Below, one piece after another: positions 57,318 through 64,000 of a DNA stretch of 64,000 bases. Under the pieces are notes generated by a model. That model was not told the origin of the DNA and did no database searches. It worked only from the letters and a program-made list of their open reading frames with translations. Location of the stretch: NCBI GenBank assembly GCA_947598325.1, contig CANQFD010000002.1, positions 154,765 through 218,764 of the forward strand, read 5' to 3'. The DNA is from an uncultured Bacilli bacterium (GTDB taxonomy: Bacteria; Bacillota_I; Bacilli_A; RF39; UBA660). Position numbers and translations under genes: made by a program. Position 1 is the stretch's first letter, and each line of letters begins with the position of its first letter.

Positions 57318-57359
57318 ATTATATCAAATTTTTTTGCAATATGGTGTTGCATTTGCAAC
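57318..57359 (-). promoter_or_regulatory. nrdDG extended -10 promoter plus an upstream 14-bp palindrome (candidate Crp/Fnr-type operator)
   Basis: The minus strand has TGaTATAAT (57326..57318). A perfect palindrome GTTGCA-TT-TGCAAC lies at 57346..57359. A further TTGCAA lies at 57334..57339. Confidence 0.4.
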
Positions 57360-57413
57360 AAAAATAAAATATAATTAAATTATATTTTTTGAGACTATCG
57401 GGAGGCCTTATAA

Positions 57414-58046
57414 ATGAACGAAATTAGTATTTTTTATGGTATACAAAATGATGACGTAAAAAAAATGTTAAACTGCTTTCAAGCTAAAACTATTAACTAT
57501 AAAAAGGACACTACTATAATTTCAAATTTAGCAAATACAAATATAATAGGAATAATAATAGAAGGAACTGCAAACCTAATTAGAAACGATTATAACGGAA
57601 ATAAAACGGTTATTGAAAAACTTAATAAAGGTTCTATATTTGGAGAAGTTTTTTCATCATATAGTGATGAATTATCAGTAATAGCAACTAGTAAATGTAT
57701 TATAATAACTTTTGATTATGATCATGTTATAAATAGATGTAAAAAGTCGTGCCCATATCATAATACATTAATAGATAATATGCTTCAATTACTTGCTAAT
57801 AAAATTGTTATAATGAATAATAGATTAGATATACTTTCAAAAAAAACTATTAGAGAAAAATTATTAGAATATTTCTCAATTTTAGAAAAAGAAAAATTAT
57901 CTAAAAATATAACGCTAGATTTAAATTATACTGAACTTGCAGACTATTTTGGAACTGATAGAAGTGCCCTTATGAGGGAAATAAAAAATTTAAGAGAAGA
58001 TGGTCTTATTGAGACAAAAGGTAAAAATATAAAATTATTATATTAA
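57414..58046 (+). CDS. Crp/Fnr family transcriptional regulator
   Basis: cNMP-binding-like beta-roll (G.IFGE) and a C-terminal HTH (ELADYFGTDRSALMREIKNLREDGLI). GGGAGG RBS. Confidence 0.85.
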   Translation: MNEISIFYGIQNDDVKKMLNCFQAKTINYKKDTTIISNLANTNIIGIIIEGTANLIRNDYNGNKTVIEKLNKGSIFGEVFSSYSDELSVIATSKCIIITFDYDHVINRCKKSCPYHNTLIDNMLQLLANKIVIMNNRLDILSKKTIREKLLEYFSILEKEKLSKNITLDLNYTELADYFGTDRSALMREIKNLREDGLIETKGKNIKLLY

Positions 58047-58549
58047 ATCTTAATTTTAAATAAAAGAGTAAAAAATAAATCAATTATGAATAATACTATA
58101 AATATATAAGTTATCCAATTAGGTATTTTTCTAACTATTTTATCCATCCAAGGTTTAACTAAATATAAGAATATAATTGCACATATTCCCCAGATTAAAG
58201 ATATATCTAGTGCTATATATTTTCCAAAATGATATTTGTGATCGGAATAATTCCAAAATTCTTTTTTAAATATTAATTCAAGCAGGTTACCTCCTATAAA
58301 TTCGATAAATGTCAATACAAATGTTATTATTATAGTAAATATTATAATTTCTAATAATTTGTTCAATTTTAATTTTTTAAATAAATAATTCGATATAAAA
58401 ATTATAAGTACTATGCCAACTCCATAAACAGGAGTCCAATATCCATACAAAAACCCACTTTGTAAATTCCAATTAAATATATTAAAAAGTGTTGTTTCAA
58501 GTAAATGACCAAATATTGAAAAAATAAAAAAATAATTCAAATAATACAT
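58043..58549 (-). CDS. Polytopic membrane protein, possibly of the 'putative ABC-transporter type IV' (DUF1113) family
   Basis: The segment FFIFSIFGHLLETTL....GYWTPVYGVGIVLII resembles that family's N-terminal motif. Tentative. Confidence 0.4.
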   Translation of the reverse strand: MYYLNYFFIFSIFGHLLETTLFNIFNWNLQSGFLYGYWTPVYGVGIVLIIFISNYLFKKLKLNKLLEIIIFTIIITFVLTFIEFIGGNLLELIFKKEFWNYSDHKYHFGKYIALDISLIWGICAIIFLYLVKPWMDKIVRKIPNWITYIFIVLFIIDLFFTLLFKIKI

Positions 58550-58576
58550 ATAATCACCTAATATTATTATTTGTAA

Positions 58577-59776
58577 TTATTTTTTTACTATTCTAAATAT
58601 ACAAATTATTTCTAAAATTGTGAACAATATAAATAAAGAAACAAGTATAATATTTTCCTTGATAAAAAATATTAAATCAAATTTAACATCTTCAGGAGAA
58701 ATAATATCTTTTTTATATAAAATATCATCACCATATTTAATATAATAAGTGCCTACTTTTTCATTTTTTATTATATTTTTATCAAGCTTCTTTTTACCTT
58801 TATATTCATATATTAAATCAGATTTTTCTACTGATTTATTTAAATAACTTTTATAAGTTTCTTCCGATTTAATCTCATATTTCTTACCATATACAGTTTC
58901 TAAGGTTACTATCTTATCATTTTTTGATATTATTTTTTTATATTCGTAGTTGTTAAAAAAATATTCATATATGTTTTTAGAATCCTCCATATGCTGTTTT
59001 TTATTTTCATAATTTGCACCTATTGTAACAAGTAAATAATTAACATTATTATAGGATGCTATACTAGCTAAACATAATCCTGCTTTACTCGTATATCCTG
59101 TTTTTGCCCCCTTAATATAATTCATATTCATTTCTTCTTTTGAAGTTAAATACTTAAGAGGTCCATTCATTTCATGTTCTTTATTAGTACTTATGTAATT
59201 TTTTGTTTTAAAAACTTCCATGAATTTTTTATTTTTGATCGCATATTTTAAAAGTTTAGATATATCCCTTGCTGATGAATAATGATTATCTCCTTCTATT
59301 CCTATTGTATTTGAAAAACTACTATTATTCATTTCTAATTCTTTTGCTTTATTATTCATAAGTTTCACAAATTCTTCTATAGAACCGCTAATACTAATAG
59401 CTAAAATATTAGTAGCATCTGCTCCAGACTTTAATAATACACCATATAATAAATCATTATATGTTACAATTTCACCTTGTTTAAAGCCTGCTTTCGACAA
59501 ATCATAAGAAAGATTTTCAAGCATTTTACCTGTTATTAAAACTTTTTCATCAAAATCTCTTATATTTTCTATTGCCACTATTGCAGTCATTATTTTAGTT
59601 AAACTTGCAATGTTAACTTTTTCGTCAGCTGATTTTTCATATATTACCTTATTATCATTTAAATTATACATTATTATATTTTTAGATGATACTATAGGTA
59701 TTTGTTCCGCTTTTACACTTAATATGGGAAAAAGCAATAATATAAAAATAATAAAATATTTATTTATTTTTTCCAT
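58577..59776 (-). CDS. D-alanyl-D-alanine carboxypeptidase (peptidase S11) with a C-terminal membrane anchor
   Basis: Signal peptide. SxxK motif (ASLTKIMT), KSGADA, and KTG motif (GAKTGYT). Confidence 0.85.
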   Translation of the reverse strand: MEKINKYFIIFILLLFPILSVKAEQIPIVSSKNIIMYNLNDNKVIYEKSADEKVNIASLTKIMTAIVAIENIRDFDEKVLITGKMLENLSYDLSKAGFKQGEIVTYNDLLYGVLLKSGADATNILAISISGSIEEFVKLMNNKAKELEMNNSSFSNTIGIEGDNHYSSARDISKLLKYAIKNKKFMEVFKTKNYISTNKEHEMNGPLKYLTSKEEMNMNYIKGAKTGYTSKAGLCLASIASYNNVNYLLVTIGANYENKKQHMEDSKNIYEYFFNNYEYKKIISKNDKIVTLETVYGKKYEIKSEETYKSYLNKSVEKSDLIYEYKGKKKLDKNIIKNEKVGTYYIKYGDDILYKKDIISPEDVKFDLIFFIKENIILVSLFILFTILEIICIFRIVKK

Positions 59777-59843
59777 AATTATCCACCTACTATTATTATA
59801 ACATAGAACAAAATATACTAGGATATTTTTATAATATGTGTTT

Positions 59844-60788
59844 TTATTTTACTAAAAAAGTACTTTCATCTATAAAAGTATAATTTGTTTTATATTTTAA
59901 TTCTCTAACTAATCTAAATAGAGCATCATCCTTTGCCTTTGCCTCTAACATTATATCAGCATTTTTTGTATATTTATTTATAGTTTCTATAAAATTTACA
60001 AAATCATCAGAATTTATATAATCGTGGTGACTCCTAAAATCTTTTTTTGTTTTATTTTTGGGAGATGAAAAATGAAATTTTGGAATATTATTAATCCAAG
60101 TGTTTATAATAGCTTTTAAATAATATTTTATATCATTATTTGATGGATTACATATATGATGATGATAATCAAGCACCATAGGAATACTTAAATCATTACA
60201 CAATCTTAAAACATCGGAAACATTATATACTTTATCGTCATTTTCAAGAGCAATTGTTTTTTGAATATATGTTGGTAATTTATAAAAATTATTTTTAAAC
60301 CTTTGTATAGATTTAGCTTTGCCAAAAACACTACTTCCAACATGTAATATTATAATTGGATTTTCTATTTTTAAAGCGGTTAAGATATTATAATGATATT
60401 CAAGTATTCTAAATGTATTATCTAATACTTCTTTATTGGTACTATTAAGTACGCAAAACTGATCCGGGTGTACATCAATTCTAATATTATTATTTTTTAT
60501 CATAGTTCCTATTTTATCGTAATACGATTTATATTTTTCTATATATTCAAAATTTACTTCACTATGTGTTGCAAGAGGAATTAACTTAGATGTTAATCTA
60601 TAAAAATGAATATTATTTTTTATATTATAGTTTAATATTTTTATCAAATTTTCCAAGTTAGATTTTATAATTGATTCTATCTTTTCATCCTTGTTTTCTA
60701 TTTTTTTATAATTTGTATATGTTATTGTACCTGACGAAGTAACATTTAAAGTTTTACTTAAGGCAACATAACCTAATCTAACAATCAT
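59844..60788 (-). CDS. uvsE: UV DNA damage endonuclease UvsE/UvdE
   Basis: Contains RLGYVALS... and HFYRLTSKLIPLATH, as in B. subtilis UvsE. Start at the ATG at 60788 after AGGTGA. Confidence 0.85.
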   Translation of the reverse strand: MIVRLGYVALSKTLNVTSSGTITYTNYKKIENKDEKIESIIKSNLENLIKILNYNIKNNIHFYRLTSKLIPLATHSEVNFEYIEKYKSYYDKIGTMIKNNNIRIDVHPDQFCVLNSTNKEVLDNTFRILEYHYNILTALKIENPIIILHVGSSVFGKAKSIQRFKNNFYKLPTYIQKTIALENDDKVYNVSDVLRLCNDLSIPMVLDYHHHICNPSNNDIKYYLKAIINTWINNIPKFHFSSPKNKTKKDFRSHHDYINSDDFVNFIETINKYTKNADIMLEAKAKDDALFRLVRELKYKTNYTFIDESTFLVK

Positions 60789-60966
60789 GATAATCACCTA
60801 ATATTATTATTAGCAAAATATAATTTAATATTATTATAAATTTAAAAAGGTAAGCTAAAAGACCCTTTTTAACTAAAATAACTCTTATATATATTACTTA
60901 TGGATATTTATTATGTCATTATTAACAATAGTTTAATATAATATTATAGAAAGGAGAGATGATTTT

Positions 60967-61125
60967 ATGTATGGATATGCTTATCCTGTTTATGGATATC
61001 AAGATAATAACAATGGATATGGTTTTATATGGGGTATCATAATAGTTGTTGTTATACTTTTCTTATTATTCTGGGGTTTTGGTTCTAACAATAACAATAA
61101 TTATGGTAATAATTATTGTAAATAA
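60967..61125 (+). CDS. YjcZ-like small sporulation membrane peptide (52 aa; absent from the ORF track)
   Basis: RBS AAAGGAGAG. MYGYAYPVYGYQDNNNGYGFIWGIIIVVVILFLLFWGFGSNNNNNYGNNYCK has Gly/Tyr-rich ends around one TM, as in the YjcZ family. Confidence 0.5.
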   Translation: MYGYAYPVYGYQDNNNGYGFIWGIIIVVVILFLLFWGFGSNNNNNYGNNYCK

Positions 61126-61147
61126 AGAGATTACCTCTCCATCTTTT

Positions 61148-61173
61148 AGCACATTTTAATATGTGCTTTTTAT
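61148..61173 (+). terminator. Terminator after the YjcZ-like ORF
   Basis: Stem agcacat / atgtgct with a 6-nt loop, followed by ttttta. Confidence 0.5.
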
Positions 61174-61255
61174 ATTGGTAATTTATATAAAAAAAGAACT
61201 ATTATTTAGTTCGTCCTTTCATAGTTATCGAATCTTCAAATTCTATATTTAACAC

Positions 61256-61729
61256 CTATTTCAATTTCATGTGAACATTTTCCTTTGAAAATCCATCACC
61301 ATCAATCTTAAATCCCAACTTTTCATAACAATGAATTGCATTAAAATTAGTTTTATACACATATAATCCATATTCTTTAATATTATATTTTTCTTCATGA
61401 AACTTTAATGTTGCTTTAATAGCCTCAGTTCCATAATGTTGATTTTGCATGTTTGGAACTATTGCTAACATTATAGTTGCTACATTATCTTTAATAATTA
61501 GTTCTATATTTCCCAAAAATGAATGATTATCTTTTGAAACCATAACATAATTATTATTATTCCCTTTTAATATATTTTCCACCCATTTTGTAATTTGATC
61601 TTCACTATATTTTTCTATAAACATTTTTTGTTGTATTTTTTCATCTAAATACATTTTTATATAATCCGATTTATATTTATCATTTAATTTTATAAATCCA
61701 ATGCGATCAGATTCATATATATAATTCAT
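61256..61729 (-). CDS. GNAT family N-acetyltransferase
   Basis: Contains the acetyl-CoA motif NMQNQHYGTEAIKA. Start at the ATG at 61729 after GGTGA. Confidence 0.8.
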   Translation of the reverse strand: MNYIYESDRIGFIKLNDKYKSDYIKMYLDEKIQQKMFIEKYSEDQITKWVENILKGNNNNYVMVSKDNHSFLGNIELIIKDNVATIMLAIVPNMQNQHYGTEAIKATLKFHEEKYNIKEYGLYVYKTNFNAIHCYEKLGFKIDGDGFSKENVHMKLK

Positions 61730-61894
61730 ATAATCACCGTCTTTTATATACAATTGTATCATATTAATAAAAATAGTACCAACTATTTAAGTCGGTACTA
61801 AACTGAAATAATTTTAGGATAGTACCTAACTCGTCATAATTAGGTATTCCTTTTTTATTTTATGCAAGTTCCCTTGACAAATGCATAATAACAT

Positions 61895-61918
61895 AAAAAA
61901 GAACTTTTTGCAAGTTCT
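61895..61918 (-). terminator. Terminator after the upstream GNAT gene
   Basis: Stem agaactt / aagttct with a 5-nt loop. On the minus strand it is followed by a T6 run. Confidence 0.45.
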
Positions 61919-61977
61919 CTATATCAAAGTTCGAATAGATTTCCAAATTGTGTCCTAAAGGAAGGAGTATAACAACT

Positions 61978-62427
61978 TTATAAATTAATAGTTAATGTTT
62001 CACTTGTTGTTTTGAAATTGCTTTTTTCATATAAGTGTTTAGCTTTAACATTATTACTCCATACGTTTACTTCTATTTTATGGGCATTTTTGGATATAGC
62101 CCACTTTTTAAAATGTTCTATTAAAGATGTAGCAATTCCCTTATTACGATAATTATTATCAATGTATAATGCATCTAATTTAGCAATTATGTATTTATAT
62201 GTATCATCAGTTGGTTTAATAATTCCATATAAATAACCTACAATTTGATCATTTTCTTCGGCAACAATAAGATATTTATTAGAATCTTCAATATAATTTT
62301 CATACATATTAGTGACAATAAAGTTTTCATCAATTCCTAAGTCATATTGTCTTTCATCTCTTATTAAAAGCGTTAAAAATTTATTTAATATTTTTACATC
62401 ATCATAATCTGCTTTTCTAATTATCAT
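61978..62427 (-). CDS. GNAT family N-acetyltransferase
   Basis: Contains YIDNNYRNKGIATSLIEHF (the R/Q-x-x-G-x-A motif). Confidence 0.85.
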   Translation of the reverse strand: MIIRKADYDDVKILNKFLTLLIRDERQYDLGIDENFIVTNMYENYIEDSNKYLIVAEENDQIVGYLYGIIKPTDDTYKYIIAKLDALYIDNNYRNKGIATSLIEHFKKWAISKNAHKIEVNVWSNNVKAKHLYEKSNFKTTSETLTINL

Positions 62428-62501
62428 TCGTATACCTCCACTAATAAATACTCACATTGTCTATGATAATATGCAAGTGTGTTTTCTAAATTGACAAATA
62501 T

Positions 62502-63349
62502 TCATTTACTTTCAATTAAATATTTATTAATATTTTCTAATTCTTTTATTCCATTATTATTTTTTAAGATTTTCATTTGATTTCTAGCAGAATCATTAAG
62601 TCTTATTAATCTTTCTTTTTGTGATAATCCTAATTTAATAAATTCTGCATTAGAGTTTTCTAAATTGTTTAATATGACTAAATGCACTAAATCTGTGTAA
62701 TCTCTAATATTTCCTTCTTTAGCCAATTTTGGATTAATTTCTCTCCATTCCTTTGCTGTCATTCCAAACAAAGCAACATTTAATACATCAGCCTCTTCTG
62801 CATATACAAATTGTTTTTGTTTTTCTGTTAACAATTTGTTTTAGCTAAAACTCTATTAGCATGCCATTCAATTTTTTCTTGATATGCTTCATTCTTTTTT
62901 AACCTTTCAAATTCTTTAATCAGATATAATTTAAAAGTAGGACTTAACCAACTTGCAAATTCAAATGCTATATCAGGATGAGCAAATGTTCCTATGCTAT
63001 ATTTTCCACCTTTAGAATATATTCCTATGGCGTTTGTCCTATCAATCCATCTTTTGGGGCTTAAAGTAAATGATGAATATCCAACTTCATTATTTTTAAT
63101 TTCACGGAATTCCGTGAAATTAAAATTTTCATTATTTAATTGTTCCCATAATCCTATATAATCAAATGTTCCTTTATTGCTCATCCAATGTATAATAACA
63201 TTAGCAGGATTTTCAGGATTAGAATACTTTGCTAAATCAGTTAATGATATATAGTCGGTGTCACCAATTCTTAAAATACCTATTTTATTGTTATTAACAT
63301 TTATTTTTGTTTTAATTAACTCTTTTTTCATATTCACCCCCTTAATCAC
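62502..63349 (-). pseudogene. Disrupted KilA-N domain gene (two overlapping ORFs in different frames)
   Basis: ORF 62828..63349 carries the KilA-N part and ends ...WHANRVLAKTNC*. ORF 62502..62834 begins LTEKQKQFVYAEEADVLNVALFGMTAKEWRE, the usual C-terminal half of the same family. The normally intervening ~15 aa (Y.IHTDAIK..LIP) are missing and the frame shifts. Confidence 0.6.
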
Positions 63350-63573
63350 TAAAATTATTTTATCATAAATTGAAGTATATTAAAACTCGAACTTATCAAA
63401 TAATTTAAAAAGTCCGAGTTTGGTATCTATCTGGTGCGAGTGACGTAGTAATCTACAACTTTTCGCAAAATCAACAACATGATATATAAATATCAATCAT
63501 TACTAGTATTTTACCACAAATTGTTCAAAATGTTACAAAAAATGTTATAATAGTAATGATTGGAAGTGAAAAG

Positions 63574-64000
63574 ATGAAATATTTATTAGCAACAACAAAT
63601 AAAGCAAAAATTAGATATTATGGAACAAAATTAAAAGAAAAAGGCATTGATATAGTATCTTTAAGTGATTTAAATATCAATGTTGATGTTGATGAAACTG
63701 GCAAAAATCCTGTAGAAAATGCTATCATTAAAGCTACTGCATATAATAATTTGAGTAACATGCCTACTATTGCTTTAGATGAGGGATTATTTTTAAAAAA
63801 TGTGCCAGATGATATACAACCTGGCACACATGTAAGAAGAGTTAATGGAAAAAGATTAGATGATAAAGAAATGATAGAATACTATATTTCTTTAGTAAAT
63901 AAATATGGGAGTAATGGGAGATTATCTGGTTATTTTTTAAAAGGTGTAGCAATTGTTAACGATGATAATACATTCACATTTGAGTATAAAGCTAATCGTG
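63574..64000 (+). CDS. HAM1/RdgB-like non-canonical NTP pyrophosphatase (divergent; C-terminus lies beyond the window edge)
   Basis: Not in the track. ATG after GGAAGTGA. Contains LLATTNKAK, DETGKNPVENAIIKA and IALDEGL (compare ATHNPGK, ETG..F.ENA..KA and ADDSGL). A TGtTATAAT promoter lies at 63543..63551. Confidence 0.5.
   Translation, partial: MKYLLATTNKAKIRYYGTKLKEKGIDIVSLSDLNINVDVDETGKNPVENAIIKATAYNNLSNMPTIALDEGLFLKNVPDDIQPGTHVRRVNGKRLDDKEMIEYYISLVNKYGSNGRLSGYFLKGVAIVNDDNTFTFEYKANR

Noticed and set aside
57334-57360. Possible NrdR box upstream of nrdD
   Set aside because: Only one half of the acaCwAtATaTwGtgt consensus can be aligned (ACACCATAT...). No second tandem box is present and no nrdR gene is in the window. 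The palindrome is better described as a Crp/Fnr-style 5-4-5 site.
61763-61894. Several hairpins (agtaccaac.../...gtcggtact and aggatagtacctaa.../ttaggtattcct followed by T6) suggesting a small RNA between the two GNAT genes
   Set aside because: The stems contain mismatches and there is no convincing promoter. They may simply be leftover terminators. This cannot be supported without expression or conservation data.
63421-63460. Relatively GC-rich stretch ctggtgcgagtgacgtag, resembling the reverse complement of a tRNA 3' end (TGGTGC...), possibly an att remnant beside the KilA-N pseudogene
   Set aside because: Only the TGG plus a few acceptor-like bases match. No T-arm (TCGAACC-type) follows in the correct order and no cloverleaf can be drawn. 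This is insufficient to call a tRNA fragment or att site without a genome-wide repeat or tRNA comparison.
63618-63827. 69-aa minus-strand ORF
   Set aside because: It is antisense to the HAM1/RdgB-like plus-strand gene, which has an RBS, a promoter and family motifs.
1-64000. Scan for CRISPR arrays, rRNA/tRNA genes, toxin-antitoxin pairs and known defence-system signatures
   Set aside because: No short regularly spaced direct repeats, no tRNA-like T-arm/acceptor combinations and no rRNA-like GC-rich blocks were seen. No ORF showed recognisable Cas, restriction-modification, Abi, CBASS or retron-type motifs by eye. This is a negative result limited by manual inspection.

Overview
By eye this is a very AT-rich, densely coding chromosomal window from an endospore-forming low-GC Firmicute (Bacillota). 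Spore-former evidence: alpha/beta-type SASP, YunB, GerQ and a YjcZ-like peptide. About two thirds is housekeeping and largely origin-proximal in character, mostly on the minus strand: parA-parB, MscS, DUF951, ychF, rpsF-ssb-rpsR, rplI-dnaB, walJ-like/rlmH, ung, trmL, rplM-rpsI, cdaA-cdaR, nrdDG with a divergent Crp/Fnr regulator, uvsE, uppP, rmuC and two S11 carboxypeptidases. Three accessory blocks stand out. (1) 21.1-33.8 kb is an intact eight-gene Gram-positive type IV secretion operon: two VirB2-like modules, VirB6-like, VirB3-like, a split VirB4, a triple-domain wall hydrolase and VirD4. I could not recognise a relaxase, recombinase or replication gene anywhere in the window. (2) 10.7-17.2 kb is a two-gene giant adhesin operon: a thioester-domain/SpaA-fold protein and a 1305-aa SdrD-B-domain protein. 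(3) 0.9-4.4 kb holds two Ig-like surface-protein paralogs whose 5' ~580 bp encode identical protein while their 3' halves are strongly diverged. A decayed KilA-N gene lies near the right end. No rRNA, tRNA or CRISPR was seen. Many track ORFs start at a GTG/TTG inside the Shine-Dalgarno sequence (AGGTGA), so I moved those starts to the downstream ATG. All calls rest on motif recognition by eye, and no searches were run.
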